From NCBI GenBank assembly GCA_964493715.1, contig CAZBPC010000002.1:64001-128000 (forward strand): a stretch of 64,000 bases of DNA, in the 5' to 3' direction. Made by a program: the position numbers and the translations under genes. The stretch comes from an uncultured archaeon (GTDB lineage Archaea > Asgardarchaeota > Lokiarchaeia > Sigyniarchaeales > SOKP01). Each line of letters opens with the position of its first letter. Position 1 is the first letter of the stretch. The notes beneath the pieces were generated by a model, which was not told the origin of the DNA, did no database searches, and was given only the letters and a program-made list of their open reading frames with translations. This document shows, one piece after another, positions 30,913 through 42,513 of this stretch.

Positions 30913-32439
30913 ATGAGTGTTAAAGTGGGTACAGTTTTTAATTTCCTTCAATTACCAGATGTACATCAATTTCCATTTGTTATTGACAAATTAAATAATG
31001 AAAATATGGTTAAAAAAGGACAATTTGTTTACACTATCTCAATTGAAGGATTTTTAATTGGAATGATTGAAAAAATCATTCTCTTAAACGAATATTTTTC
31101 AGATGCACTCACGATCAAGGCATATAATAGTAGTAGTAATCCTAATATCCTTAAAGGGTTATTCCCAAGCGATGAATTTGAATATGCCATTGCTATAGTG
31201 AAAAATTTAGGAATTATCGAATTTAAAGACGAAGACAAGACGGAGATTAAATTAATAAAAAGAATGACATATCCCGCAAGTCCTGGAAAGAAAGTCTTCT
31301 TAGTCGAAGTAAATATCCTTAAAAAATTCATAGGACTTGATAATGAAAATGGTTTAAATATTGGGAATTTAAAAATTGCGAAGATTGAAGCAAAAATTAA
31401 CATTAACAGGTTACTCAATAAACACTTTTCAATTCTTTCTATTTCGGGAGGAGGAAAAAGTTATTTAACTTCAATTCTCTTAGAGGAATTACTCTCGCGT
31501 CCTAATTCAATAGGTACACCAGCAATAGTTCTCATAGACGTGCATGGAGAATATGCATACCTTAAATCAATTCCAGAACTTCAAGATAAGATTAAATTAT
31601 TCGATGCTTTGTATCTTCAAATTTCTGTCCCCCAGATGAATGCTTATAACTTTCGAAAATATCAAACGCAAATTTCCAGCGTCCAAGTTAGAGAACTCAA
31701 TAATTTTATTAAAAAATTAAAGCAAGATAAATCTAATAATGGTAATTATTCCCTAAAAGATATCATTACTCTTATTGATGATGAGAATGAAGGGAATAAA
31801 AGTACTCGTCAAGCTTTAGTCGGGTGGTTAGCAGAATTAGAAAGATTAAATGTATTTGGGATCCAAGAAAATCCCATAATAAAAAACTCCATTAAACCTG
31901 GAGAATTAACAATTTTTAATTTTCAAAATGAGATTTCAATCAGAAAAAAACAAATTTTGGTAGACTATCTATGCAATCGACTCTTTTATATGCGACGGAT
32001 GGATGAATTACCTCCTTTTCTTCTCATAATTGAAGAAGCTCATCAATTTTGTCCTGAAGCAGCTCAATCTAAAGCGATTTCAAAATCAATAATTGAAACT
32101 ATAGCACGAGAAGGTAGAAAATTTATGGCTTGTTTATGTCTAATTAGTCAAAGACCTAAAAAACTAAGTAGTACTGCACTTTCTCAAATGAATTCGAATA
32201 TGATCTTAAACATTAAAAATCCTTATGATTTAAAGCACCTTATGGATAGTTCTGAAGCCATAACTAAGGAATATGCCGATATGATTTCAAGTTTGGGTGT
32301 AGGTGAAACTTTACTTATGGGTAATGCGATAAATTATCCGATCTTTATTGAAATTAGACCAAGAAAGTACAAATCTAAAGTTGAAGACCTTACATTATCT
32401 CAAGTATGTTTAAAGTGGAATGACAAACAATTAACTTAG
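30913..32439 (+). CDS. HerA/DUF87 family ATPase
   Basis: N-terminal HAS-barrel-like region, HFSILSISGGGKS, IDVHGEY, IIEEAHQF, IAREGRKF, SQRP. Confidence 0.9.
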   Translation: MSVKVGTVFNFLQLPDVHQFPFVIDKLNNENMVKKGQFVYTISIEGFLIGMIEKIILLNEYFSDALTIKAYNSSSNPNILKGLFPSDEFEYAIAIVKNLGIIEFKDEDKTEIKLIKRMTYPASPGKKVFLVEVNILKKFIGLDNENGLNIGNLKIAKIEAKININRLLNKHFSILSISGGGKSYLTSILLEELLSRPNSIGTPAIVLIDVHGEYAYLKSIPELQDKIKLFDALYLQISVPQMNAYNFRKYQTQISSVQVRELNNFIKKLKQDKSNNGNYSLKDIITLIDDENEGNKSTRQALVGWLAELERLNVFGIQENPIIKNSIKPGELTIFNFQNEISIRKKQILVDYLCNRLFYMRRMDELPPFLLIIEEAHQFCPEAAQSKAISKSIIETIAREGRKFMACLCLISQRPKKLSSTALSQMNSNMILNIKNPYDLKHLMDSSEAITKEYADMISSLGVGETLLMGNAINYPIFIEIRPRKYKSKVEDLTLSQVCLKWNDKQLT

Positions 32440-32703
32440 TTTTTCCATCACTTCATCTCTTATCTCTTGATTTGTCTTATTAAGAACTATCATATTCTTG
32501 TTCTTTGAGACTCTAAATAGATTAATAATATTTCTACTCTCAAGTTTCATAAATATTTCTTCTAGTAACAGACTATTGACAAAAGGGAACTCCTTCTTTA
32601 ATAATTCTTCCAAACGTTTGTCTAGGATTTCCCCTCTATTTTCTATCAAGATCTCAATAATAGAGTTAACGATTGGCTTTTGATTCCAGCGATTTGATTC
32701 GAT
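32431..32703 (-). CDS. Small hypothetical protein, winged-helix-like
   Basis: Track ORF 32431..32649 extends in frame to ATC 32703 (IESNRWNQKPIVNSIIEILIENRG...LMKLESRNII), 5 nt after a GGTGAT SD-like site. Confidence 0.65.
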   Translation of the reverse strand: MESNRWNQKPIVNSIIEILIENRGEILDKRLEELLKKEFPFVNSLLLEEIFMKLESRNIINLFRVSKNKNMIVLNKTNQEIRDEVMEKLS

Positions 32704-32780
32704 TTCATATCACCTTTTATTTTAAATAGAAATAGCTTGTATATAAATAAATATTGAATTTTAAATTAAGTTTGTGAATA

Positions 32781-35012
32781 TTACACAAACAATCTATCCT
32801 CTTTTGATTTCTCAATTATTCGACTTTTGAGTTTTTCTCCAAATTGAGTATACCACTTGATCATTTCTGCTGAGATACTAGGGTTGGTAATTTCTCTGGC
32901 CTCTTTAAAATGTTCTAATGTTACTTTTCGAGCACGCATATTTTCCCTTAATGCAATCATTGCAGCTTCTCGACACAAGGTTTCAATATCTGCTCCAGAA
33001 AATCCCTTAAGCCTTTCATTTAATTTTTTAATAGTAATGTCATTTGCGAGTGGCATTTTTTTTGTAAATATCTTTAAAATTGCTTCCCTCTCTGCTTCAT
33101 CTGGAGGAGGAACCAATAAGATTCGATCGATCCTTCCAGGTCTAATTAAGGCAGGATCTAAAATGTCTGGACGATTTGTTGCGGCAATCACTAAAATGTC
33201 TTTTGTAATTTCTAGCCCATCCAATTCAGTCAAGAATTGAGATAATACTTTTTCTGTCACTCCCGAATCTGAAGTGTACCTACCCCTGCTTGGTGCGATG
33301 GAGTCAAATTCATCAAAGAAAATAATGCATGGTGCTGCTAATTTTGCCATTCGAAAGACTTCTCGAATTGCTTTTTCACTTTCTCCTACGAATTTTGATA
33401 AGAGTTCTGGACCTTTGACAGAAATGAAATTTGCTTTACTTTCATTAGCAACTGCTCTAGCAAGAAGCGTCTTTCCACATCCAGGAGGCCCGTAAAGTAA
33501 TATTCCCTTTGGAGGGGTAATTCCCATTCTAGAAAATATATTAGGGTGTGATAAAGGCCAATCTACTGATTCTATTAATTTTTGTTTTAAATCCTCTAAT
33601 CCACCAATTTGATCCCACTTAACATTTGGTACCTCTACAAATACTTCTCGTATACCTGAAGGTAAAACTTCTTTCATTGCATTTTCAAAATCTTCCTTGG
33701 TAACACTAATTTGTTCCAATAATTCGGGATCAATACTATCAGATTCTAAATTTATTTGAGGTAAATATCGTCTCAATGATGACATGGCCGCTTCTCTGCA
33801 AACAGCTGAAATATCTGCTCCAACAAAACCATGGGTGATGTTAGCAAATTCTTTCAGTTGAATTTTCTTCTCTAAAGGCATGTTTCTAGTATGTATCATG
33901 AAAATTTCCAACCTCCCTTTTTCATTAGGTACTTTTATTTCAATCTCGCGATCAAATCTTCCCGGTCGCCTTAGAGCAGAATCTAAGCTATTCGGTCTAT
34001 TTGTTGCTCCAATTACGATGACCTTTCCTCTACCATGAAGACCATCCATTAATGCAAGTAACTGAGCTACAACTCTACGCTCAACTTCTCCCGTAACAGT
34101 TTCTCTTTTAGGAGCTATTGCATCAATTTCATCAATAAATATAATCGAAGGGCTTTTTTCTTCAGCTTCTTCAAAAAGTTTACGTAATTTTTTTTCGGAT
34201 TCGCCATAAAATTTACTCATTATTTCAGGTCCGTTAATAGATATAAAATGAGCCTCACTTTCATTCGCAACTGCTTTAGCTAATAGTGTTTTACCACAAC
34301 CTGGGGGACCTCTTAATAAAACTCCTTTTGGAGGATCAATACCTAATCTTTTAAACAAAGAGGGATGTCTAAGAGGTAGTTCAACCATTTCTCTTACTCG
34401 TTCAATCTCTCTATCCAAACCACCTACATTTTCGTAAGTAAGGTATTCAGAGCCTTTCTCTTCATCATCTGTAACGACTTCACTGATATTTAATTGCGTT
34501 TCGGGTTTAATCAAACACACACCATTAGGTCTCATGCTTATAACCTTAAATGCAATTTCTCTACTAATTCCTATTGAAATATAGATAAAATCATCAATAG
34601 TTATAGGATAATTATTTAAGCGCCTTTTTACGAAATTTTCAAAACGGGGATTCGTTCTAATTTTTACATTGGAGGGTGCTAATACAATATTTTGAGCAGG
34701 TAATGCCTTGACCTTCCGAATTTCGATGGTGTCATCTATGCTCGTACCTGTATTTTTTCGTAGTCTGGAATCGATTCTAATTATCCCTAAACCACTATCT
34801 TGAGGATAACTAGGCCACGCAATTCCCGCACTTTCCTTTTTTCCAATCAATGAAATCACATCACCAGTTTTAATCAGTAATTTCTCCATCGTAAGTGGAT
34901 CAATTCTAATGATATTCCTTCCAATATCTCTTTTTTTTGCTTTTTGGACTCTTAAAGTTAATTTTTGTCCTCCTTTTTCATCTTTCCCATTTTGATTATC
35001 TTTTGTTGACAT
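32781..35012 (-). CDS. cdc48: CDC48/VAT AAA+ ATPase
   Basis: N domain plus two AAA modules (GPPGCGKT twice, IDEID/FDEFD, RPGRFDR); C-terminal ...RLFV. Confidence 0.97.
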   Translation of the reverse strand: MSTKDNQNGKDEKGGQKLTLRVQKAKKRDIGRNIIRIDPLTMEKLLIKTGDVISLIGKKESAGIAWPSYPQDSGLGIIRIDSRLRKNTGTSIDDTIEIRKVKALPAQNIVLAPSNVKIRTNPRFENFVKRRLNNYPITIDDFIYISIGISREIAFKVISMRPNGVCLIKPETQLNISEVVTDDEEKGSEYLTYENVGGLDREIERVREMVELPLRHPSLFKRLGIDPPKGVLLRGPPGCGKTLLAKAVANESEAHFISINGPEIMSKFYGESEKKLRKLFEEAEEKSPSIIFIDEIDAIAPKRETVTGEVERRVVAQLLALMDGLHGRGKVIVIGATNRPNSLDSALRRPGRFDREIEIKVPNEKGRLEIFMIHTRNMPLEKKIQLKEFANITHGFVGADISAVCREAAMSSLRRYLPQINLESDSIDPELLEQISVTKEDFENAMKEVLPSGIREVFVEVPNVKWDQIGGLEDLKQKLIESVDWPLSHPNIFSRMGITPPKGILLYGPPGCGKTLLARAVANESKANFISVKGPELLSKFVGESEKAIREVFRMAKLAAPCIIFFDEFDSIAPSRGRYTSDSGVTEKVLSQFLTELDGLEITKDILVIAATNRPDILDPALIRPGRIDRILLVPPPDEAEREAILKIFTKKMPLANDITIKKLNERLKGFSGADIETLCREAAMIALRENMRARKVTLEHFKEAREITNPSISAEMIKWYTQFGEKLKSRIIEKSKEDRLFV

Positions 35013-35091
35013 CTTCGATCGATTCTTTTTTAAAAGTTTATTTTAATAATAATTAAATTTGTAAAAATTTTTCCATTTTATAATAAATATT

Positions 35092-36141
35092 TTATTTGAA
35101 AAAACTATCCAAAGATATTTGCTTTTTTGCTGAATCTAAATCCTTTAACTTTTTAAGAGCACTATCAATTCTATTTTGAGAAAAATTATGCTTTTCTACA
35201 AGCAGTTCATCTACTTTATCATAATCTACTTTTCCCCATAAAATCTTTGGATAATTAGAATTAATGGTTGGATTCAAAAAGATATCTTTAACACGTTGAA
35301 CTAATTCTATATCGAAATTTATTTTTTTTCCAGATACTTGGATATTATTCTTGAGAATGTTTTCTAATGAATTGTGCTTTTTTATCAAATCTAATGCTTT
35401 ATGTTGCCCGATTCCTTTAATGCCTGGGAAAAAATCTGTACCAATAAGGATTCCCATATCTATGAGCTGTTCCCGAGTAATTCCCAAATTAATTAAAAAT
35501 TTAGAAAGAGAAATATATTCAATATCTAAGGAAACTGTTGTATCTTTTACTTTTTTACTACGGTTTACACTAAAGTTGCGTAGAAATCGTTCACATCCAA
35601 ATAATAAAGTGTCATAATCTTGAGATGCACTAGCCCAAGCATCTCCTCTATTTACTAAATACGCAGCTTGTGCTTCCCCTTCTGAAGCTGCCTCTATAAC
35701 GGGAATGCCCATGTATAACAGCAATGATTTACTTTCTTCAATCATATCATGATCCAATTTGGAGGTTAATTGAGCAAATTTTCTAGCTTCTCTAAAATCT
35801 TCTTCTTCCTGAGCCTTTATCATTTTCTCTTGCGCTTCTACTTTAACTTTTCGCCTTTCGTTAATTGTTTCTAATTTCAATTCTGGTGGTTTTCCATCAA
35901 ATACATAAATTGGTTTAATGTTATACTCTAAAAACTTAATATTCCGATAAAATAATCCCGATAAATGAGAAGTTACATTTCCTTCCAAATCCATCAGCAA
36001 AGTACCATCTCGTTGCCGAATAATTGCTAAAAATTGGTAAATAGTGTTAAATGCATCAATCGCTATCTTTTTATTTAACAGATTTTCGAAAGAGATAGTT
36101 TTCCGTACATCTTTTACTAATTCATTTATCTTGACTCCCAT
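35092..36141 (-). CDS. fen: Flap endonuclease 1
   Basis: MGV, IDAFNTIYQFL, TSHLSG, SEGEAQAA, SQDYD, GTDF, PIP box QISLDSFF. Confidence 0.97.
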   Translation of the reverse strand: MGVKINELVKDVRKTISFENLLNKKIAIDAFNTIYQFLAIIRQRDGTLLMDLEGNVTSHLSGLFYRNIKFLEYNIKPIYVFDGKPPELKLETINERRKVKVEAQEKMIKAQEEEDFREARKFAQLTSKLDHDMIEESKSLLLYMGIPVIEAASEGEAQAAYLVNRGDAWASASQDYDTLLFGCERFLRNFSVNRSKKVKDTTVSLDIEYISLSKFLINLGITREQLIDMGILIGTDFFPGIKGIGQHKALDLIKKHNSLENILKNNIQVSGKKINFDIELVQRVKDIFLNPTINSNYPKILWGKVDYDKVDELLVEKHNFSQNRIDSALKKLKDLDSAKKQISLDSFFK

Positions 36142-36203
36142 TTTGTCATCTTCTCAAGTATTTCAATATATGAGTAGGCATGTTTATTTATAATTTCCAC
36201 CAT

Positions 36204-36761
36204 TTAATTTTGAATATCTATTTTAGGTCTCCTTTTAAGCCGAGAACCACAATCTTCACATAATTCGTTTAATTTTTCATTTTTATGAATTGTTTGGCAA
36301 TGAGGACAATAAACTTCGAATATAATTTGGTGTTCAATTCCGTTTTTAAATAAAGATCTTACAGTAATATTTAGCTCAAAACAAAGATTTTGGATTGAAT
36401 AATCATTTGTGAAGATTTCTACATCAAAGGAATTCATTAATTCTAAAGCAAGTGCTATGATACTATAATCTTGATCAGATAACGCTTTTAAGTCTCCTGT
36501 ATTTTTTGCTATGCTTTTCGCGTGGCTAATATATTTTTCAGTAGGATTTTTAATAACTAATTTCCTACTCTCCACAGCAGCTTCTATTCTATTGATAATA
36601 TTCCTATTACGAGATTCATATCTTATAACTTCAATCTCATTAATAATATCTGGGGTAGTATATATCTTGTTTGGAAACAAGTTAAAATCAACGCCCAAGA
36701 GAAATATGTTGGTATCAAAAATTAGAATTGAACTCTTCTTCTGATTCCGGGCTGTCATCAA
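36204..36761 (-). CDS. nob1: Nob1 endoribonuclease (PIN + zinc ribbon)
   Basis: FDTN, TGDLKALSDQD, TNDYSIQN, CPHC...CEDCGS. Confidence 0.92.
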   Translation of the reverse strand: MMTARNQKKSSILIFDTNIFLLGVDFNLFPNKIYTTPDIINEIEVIRYESRNRNIINRIEAAVESRKLVIKNPTEKYISHAKSIAKNTGDLKALSDQDYSIIALALELMNSFDVEIFTNDYSIQNLCFELNITVRSLFKNGIEHQIIFEVYCPHCQTIHKNEKLNELCEDCGSRLKRRPKIDIQN

Positions 36762-37647
36762 GAGGAACTCTTACTGTACCTATAATTTTTTTTCTTAATC
36801 GGTTTATATAGTTAGTACTTAGATCTTTCGATAAACGTATAAATTTGGAATTAGAATTGGATTTGCGAATCTTGATTATTGTATTAGGTTGTATTTTTTT
36901 AAATGTTCTCTGCCCATCAATAATTATTTTTGCGTTTAACCTTGGTCTTAGCAATTGAATTTCGATTTCACTGCTAATAGGAAGGATGATGGGTTTAAGA
37001 CCAGATCTGGCATAACTATTAATGGGTGTTAATTCCATTATATCTACTGAAGGATCAACAATTGCCCCGCCCGCGCTTAAATTATATGCTGTTGAACCCA
37101 CAGAGGTTGAAATTATAATACCATCCAAATAACTTCTGTTTAAGTAAGTTCCATTGATTTTTACAGAGACTAAGAGTACTTTTGAACTTTTAGATGAAAC
37201 AATTAAGATTTCATTTAGAGCATTATTAAGTTTTATCTCATCAGATTCTCTAACGATATATGCGGCTATTTTAGAGCAGGTCTCGATTATAAATTCACCA
37301 TTCAATATTTTGATTAAATCATTGAACACCGTTCTTTCATTAGTTTCATCTAAAAAGCCGATAGAACCGATATTTATACCTAAGATTGGAGGAGGATTCC
37401 GTTGAGACAATCCACTAGCTACTCTCAACACTGTACCATCACCTCCAGCAGAAATAATAAATTTTGTATTCTCTGCCGTCATCTCTTTTAGATCCATTCC
37501 ATTATGAGGTAATATTTTAGGTGCTATTCTAGTTTCTAAATGTACTATTTCGCCTTTTTTTATCAAGAATTCAAAAATATCCTTAGTTAATTTAATTGCT
37601 CTTTCCGAATCCATCCTACACGCTAAACTTATAGCTTTTTTCTCCAT
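36715..37647 (-). CDS. nadK: NAD kinase
   Basis: GGDGTVL, GSIGFL, ALNE, DGIIIST..GSTAYNLSAGG. Confidence 0.95.
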   Translation of the reverse strand: MEKKAISLACRMDSERAIKLTKDIFEFLIKKGEIVHLETRIAPKILPHNGMDLKEMTAENTKFIISAGGDGTVLRVASGLSQRNPPPILGINIGSIGFLDETNERTVFNDLIKILNGEFIIETCSKIAAYIVRESDEIKLNNALNEILIVSSKSSKVLLVSVKINGTYLNRSYLDGIIISTSVGSTAYNLSAGGAIVDPSVDIMELTPINSYARSGLKPIILPISSEIEIQLLRPRLNAKIIIDGQRTFKKIQPNTIIKIRKSNSNSKFIRLSKDLSTNYINRLRKKIIGTVRVPLDDSPESEEEFNSNF

Positions 37648-37734
37648 TTAACTCAAGATTTAATCGGATTATGAAACTCAAATAACAAAATTTGAATATG
37701 AATTAATAAAAATAAAGTATTGTCTTAAATATCC

Positions 37735-38163
37735 TTAATTTATTATAACTCTATTAATTAATGACTTCCCTGCAAGTTGCCAATACTCTACTTGAGCAGT
37801 AGACAGCTTTTTTGGATTTGCTTGTAATTCCTTTAATTTTGCGATTGAATCCTCATCTTTGGGCCAAGCAACATCCACCGATTCATAAGTTTGGAGATTC
37901 ATTATATTGATTAATTTCTCTTCAATAAAATTAATCTGAGCATTATCTTTTATGATTTCTGGTACTTCACACATGTGTCCACTTGGAATCGTAATTGATC
38001 TTTTACCATTGTCAAATACTCCCACACAAACAACTCTGACTTTTGCGTGTCCGTGTTTACCTGATTTGCTTCTTTCTGTGGCCTTGATTATGCAAGGTTC
38101 ATCATCTACCATTATATATTGACCTGTCTTTAATTTCTGAATCTCAATTCGCTTTATTGACAT
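37735..38163 (-). CDS. eif5a: Translation factor aIF-5A
   Basis: SKSGKHGHAK hypusine motif. Confidence 0.96.
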   Translation of the reverse strand: MSIKRIEIQKLKTGQYIMVDDEPCIIKATERSKSGKHGHAKVRVVCVGVFDNGKRSITIPSGHMCEVPEIIKDNAQINFIEEKLINIMNLQTYESVDVAWPKDEDSIAKLKELQANPKKLSTAQVEYWQLAGKSLINRVIIN

Positions 38164-38387
38164 TTTTGTTATACCACCTATTCTCCAAATATTTTAAAAA
38201 ATTGTATTTATTTTTTCTGATATTCAATAATATGTTTATTCTAAAATAAGTTTTTTATATGTTTTTAAAATTGTTTATATTTTTAAAGTTTTAAGATGTG
38301 TCAATTATCTGAAACATTAAATAAGAATTTAATATTATCACAGATTTAAATATATTAAGTATAAAAAACGCGAGTTATGATTCTATA

Positions 38388-39761
38388 ATGGTTCTAGAGC
38401 AACTTGGTAGATCCTTGGATAATATTTTACGGAAAATAAGGAGATTACCTCAAATAGATAAAGAAGCAATTAATGCACTTATGCAAGAAATACAGCGTAG
38501 CTTGTTTCAGGCTGATGTAAAGGCAGAATTAGTCCTTGAAACGACTGAAAACATAAAAAAAGAAGCAATGAATACCACACTTAAACGCGCTCAAAGAAAA
38601 GATTATATAATCAAACTTATTCACGATCAACTTATTAAAATTCTCGGAGGAAAACCCGCACCAATAAGAATAAAGTCGGGGAAACACAATGTGATTTTAC
38701 TTGTAGGTATTCAAGGTTCAGGTAAAACCACGACTATTGGGAAGTTAGCTCGCTTTTATAAAAGCAAAGGTTATAAAGTTGCATCAGTCACCACAGACAC
38801 GTGGAGACCAGGTGCATATGAGCAGCTAGTTCAATTGTCTGATCAGGTTGGAATCAAGTGTTATGGAAACCCGACTGAGAAAAATGCTATTAAGATAGCA
38901 GTGAAAGAAACTAAAAAAGCAATAAATGATGGACACGATATAATTCTTGTTGATACAGCTGGGCGTCATAAGGAAGAAAAAGAATTAATGAAAGAAATGA
39001 CTCAAATTGAAAGTGCTTTAAAACCCAATGAAGTTATTCTGGTTATTGATGGAACATTGGGGCAGCAAGCTTATAATCAAGCAGAAGCATTTTCGAAATC
39101 TACTAATATTGGAAGTATTATCGTTACCAAATTGGATGGAAGTGCCAAAGGTGGAGGCGCTCTATCTGCATGTGCCGCTACGGGTCAATCAATAAGGTTT
39201 ATAGGAGTTGGAGAAAAAATTGATGAATTGGAAGAATTTCAACCAACTGCATTTGTCGGAACATTATTAGGAAAACCCGACTTAGAAGGGTTGGTTAAAG
39301 CAGTGCAAGACGCAGAAGTAGATATAGATTCCGATATGCAAAAACGGATGATGAGGGGAAAGTTCACATTGGAAGATCTCTATTATCAATTAAAAAGCAT
39401 TAAGAAAGTAGGAAAAATGAAGCAAATTTTAGCAATGATGGGGGGCGGTAATATCCCAGATGTATTAAAAGAAGATGCCGAGAAAAATCTGGAACGATGG
39501 GAGGTTGTACTCAATTCGATGACATCAGAAGAAAAAGAGGACCCAAAATTAATTAAAAAAACTAGAAAACGACGGATCGCGATTGGAAGCGGTACAGATT
39601 ACTCAACTATAAATAAAATGCTTGATCAATACAACCAAATGAAGAAATTTATGAAGCGATTCCTACAAATGCAAAAAAAAGGTAAAGGTAAAGGAATGCC
39701 AGGCTTAGGAAACATTGATCCTTCCTTTTTAAATAAACTAGGAAAGGATTTTAAATTTTAA
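38388..39761 (+). CDS. srp54: Signal recognition particle protein SRP54
   Basis: GIQGSGKTT, DTAGR, TKLDG, Met-rich M domain with RIAIGSG. Confidence 0.97.
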   Translation: MVLEQLGRSLDNILRKIRRLPQIDKEAINALMQEIQRSLFQADVKAELVLETTENIKKEAMNTTLKRAQRKDYIIKLIHDQLIKILGGKPAPIRIKSGKHNVILLVGIQGSGKTTTIGKLARFYKSKGYKVASVTTDTWRPGAYEQLVQLSDQVGIKCYGNPTEKNAIKIAVKETKKAINDGHDIILVDTAGRHKEEKELMKEMTQIESALKPNEVILVIDGTLGQQAYNQAEAFSKSTNIGSIIVTKLDGSAKGGGALSACAATGQSIRFIGVGEKIDELEEFQPTAFVGTLLGKPDLEGLVKAVQDAEVDIDSDMQKRMMRGKFTLEDLYYQLKSIKKVGKMKQILAMMGGGNIPDVLKEDAEKNLERWEVVLNSMTSEEKEDPKLIKKTRKRRIAIGSGTDYSTINKMLDQYNQMKKFMKRFLQMQKKGKGKGMPGLGNIDPSFLNKLGKDFKF

Positions 39762-39776
39762 AATGAAAATAAGTAA

Positions 39777-40400
39777 ATGATAAATTTGCTATTATTCTTA
39801 ATTTTAAATAATAGTTATACTAAATATAATAAGAAAGATATTGATATAGGCAATACCCCTCTTGATGTATATAAATTATGCTCTGGAATCCGAGAATTTT
39901 TTTGTTTATCCTACGCAATAAGGAAGAGTAACATATTATATTTATACTTTCATTCAGATCTCAAAATTATTAAATTAGATGGATCTAAACTAAGATTTTT
40001 AGGATCAGATGAACGATCTCAAGCATTATTATTATTAAAAGCATTAGAGAAATCGAGCACCTTAATTAATGAAAAATGGGAGAGATCGACTCCGGGTATT
40101 TATATGATGAAATTATTAAAACCGCTAAATATTGATTGGCTTATTAAGAACTTGAGTTTTGAACGGATTTTCTTAATCAATCAATCAAAAAATTTTTGTC
40201 TCCAAAATGAATTTAATAATAATAATTTCACATCCCAAGATCTTTTTATTATTGTAAACGATTTAGGTGATGAATTTGTAAGAGAATTGTTTGATAATAT
40301 GGATTCCTCAACTAATATAATACAAATAAGCTTTTCAGGAATAAAATCTTTAGAAAACAAAATATTATATATTAATTATCTACTAGATCAACTAAAATAA
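39777..40400 (+). CDS. TrmY-like SPOUT protein (divergent)
   Basis: LDV...FCLSYAIRK, LRFLGSDERS resemble TrmY N-terminal motifs; next to srp54; C-terminal SAM-binding knot not recognisable. Confidence 0.55.
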   Translation: MINLLLFLILNNSYTKYNKKDIDIGNTPLDVYKLCSGIREFFCLSYAIRKSNILYLYFHSDLKIIKLDGSKLRFLGSDERSQALLLLKALEKSSTLINEKWERSTPGIYMMKLLKPLNIDWLIKNLSFERIFLINQSKNFCLQNEFNNNNFTSQDLFIIVNDLGDEFVRELFDNMDSSTNIIQISFSGIKSLENKILYINYLLDQLK

Positions 40401-40420
40401 TAAGTAAAATAGCGTTTCTA

Positions 40421-41830
40421 ATGATTTTAAAGAATGCGAAAATATTTATTGAAAATAAATTAATAGACGGAGCGCTATTTATCCAATCAGGCAAAATTCA
40501 ATCAATAATTAAATTCCCCAATGAAGAAAAAATTGAAAAGATTAGATCGAATAATAGAAAAATAGTTGAGATTGATTGTGAAAAGAGAATTATTTTACCC
40601 GGTATAATCGATATTCATGCTCATTTACGTGATATGGGGCAAGAAGAAAAAGAAACTTTTCAAACTGGGACTAAAGCAGCGTTATTTTCGGGAATAACAA
40701 CCGTATTGAATATGCCAAACACTAAACCTCCTGCTATATCAGAAGACCAAGTTAAAAAATGGATGGAGCGAGCGCGAGATAATATCTATACTAATGTAGG
40801 ATTCATTTCAGGCGTTCCTAAAAACATTAGTGAGGAGGAAATAAAAAAAATATTAGATTTAGGAGTATTTGGATTTAAAATCTATCCTTTATCACCAATA
40901 AGTGATATTGATTGGAACGATCCAGATAATTTATTAAATATCCTTAGAATTTCAGCTAAATATAGTATTCCAATTTTCATCCATGCAGATTATCCTTTAC
41001 TCGAAGAAGAAAAAGATAAAATAAAGCAAAAAATAAAAAATAACAATGTCAAATTTCTAAAAATTCATAATGATCTTTATCCTGAGGAAAATGAGGCTAA
41101 ATTTATAAAATACGTTCTAACTAATTATGATAAAGTCATTAATGATAATAAATCACAAATTAGGAATCTTCCAGTAATACATTTTTGTCATGTTAGCTGT
41201 AAACAGAGTTATGAATTATTATCTAACTTATCTAAAGATTACGATATTTCTTTTGAAGTGACACCTCACCATTTATTACTTTCTCAAGAAATTTTATTAG
41301 AAAACGAGAGTTTTGGTAAAGTACTTCCTCCACTGAGGAAAAAAAGTGAAGCAGAATTCCTTTTCAGTAAATTAAAAAAAGGAGAGATTAAATTTATTGG
41401 AACTGATCATGCTCCCCATACAATGAATGAGAAATCTCAGCATTTTTTTGAAGCGCCATCAGGTTTTCCCGGTTTTGAAACATATGCTCTCAAAATACTT
41501 GAAAAAGTTTTTGAAAATATTTTACCTCTTGAGTATTTCGTAAAAGCAGCATCTGAAAATCCCGCTAAGAGGTTTAACATTATTAGGAAGGGATTTATCA
41601 AAAAAGGTTATGATGCTGATTTACTAATTATCGAAAAAATTACTCCTACTCATTTAAACTCCAAACTATTTATATCTAAAGCTAAGTTTACTCCATTCGA
41701 AAACTTAAACAGTTCAGACAGAAGCTCTAATGTTTTAATATGGAAAATCTTTTTAGAAGGTTCTGAAATTTCGTTGAATGAAACTTTTCCAAAAGGTAAA
41801 ATGATATATAGAAGTACAATAAAAATATAA
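40421..41830 (+). CDS. pyrC: Dihydroorotase
   Basis: PGIIDIHAHLR, MPNTKP, HVS, EVTPHHL, PPLR, GTDHAPH. Confidence 0.9.
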   Translation: MILKNAKIFIENKLIDGALFIQSGKIQSIIKFPNEEKIEKIRSNNRKIVEIDCEKRIILPGIIDIHAHLRDMGQEEKETFQTGTKAALFSGITTVLNMPNTKPPAISEDQVKKWMERARDNIYTNVGFISGVPKNISEEEIKKILDLGVFGFKIYPLSPISDIDWNDPDNLLNILRISAKYSIPIFIHADYPLLEEEKDKIKQKIKNNNVKFLKIHNDLYPEENEAKFIKYVLTNYDKVINDNKSQIRNLPVIHFCHVSCKQSYELLSNLSKDYDISFEVTPHHLLLSQEILLENESFGKVLPPLRKKSEAEFLFSKLKKGEIKFIGTDHAPHTMNEKSQHFFEAPSGFPGFETYALKILEKVFENILPLEYFVKAASENPAKRFNIIRKGFIKKGYDADLLIIEKITPTHLNSKLFISKAKFTPFENLNSSDRSSNVLIWKIFLEGSEISLNETFPKGKMIYRSTIKI

Positions 41831-41880
41831 GATTTGAAATTCTAAATTAATTAAAAAAACAATAACTATCTTGAATTAAA

Positions 41881-42513
41881 ATGTTTAAAGACAAAGAATT
41901 TGGATTAGACGATGGAAAAACCCTTATTAAATTTGCTCGAGAAAATATTGAGCATTATTTGAAAACATCACAAAGAATGGAAGTACCATCAAACATCAAA
42001 AATAAATATTATGATAAATATGGTGTTTTTGTAACCTTAAATGAATACAATGCTGAGGGAAACCCCTTAAGAGGGTGTATAGGTTATATCGAGCCCGTAT
42101 ACCCACTATATGAAGTCATTCATAGGGTATCGATTAGTTCCGCAGTAGAGGATTATCGATTTAATTCAGTTACTTTTAAAGATATGGATAATATAATCAT
42201 CGAAATTTCTATTTTAACACCTCCAAAATTAATTGAAGTTATGGACCCAAAAGAATATTTTGATAAAATAGTAATTGGAAGGGATGGGCTAATAGCTGAA
42301 AAAGGAATGAAGCGTGGTCTACTTCTACCTCAAGTTCCTATAGATCATGGGAGGAATTGGGATGTAGAGACATTCCTTAAACATACTTGTAATAAAACTG
42401 GGCTTTCTGAGAATGCTTGGAAAGATAAGCAAACAAAAATTTTTTCATTTCAAGCAATACTTTTTGAAGAGCTTAAACCAAGAGGAGAAGTTGTGAGAAA
42501 ATATTTAATTTAA
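41881..42513 (+). CDS. AMMECR1 domain protein
   Basis: GVFVTL, LRGCIG, GRDGL, GLLLPQV. Confidence 0.93.
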   Translation: MFKDKEFGLDDGKTLIKFARENIEHYLKTSQRMEVPSNIKNKYYDKYGVFVTLNEYNAEGNPLRGCIGYIEPVYPLYEVIHRVSISSAVEDYRFNSVTFKDMDNIIIEISILTPPKLIEVMDPKEYFDKIVIGRDGLIAEKGMKRGLLLPQVPIDHGRNWDVETFLKHTCNKTGLSENAWKDKQTKIFSFQAILFEELKPRGEVVRKYLI

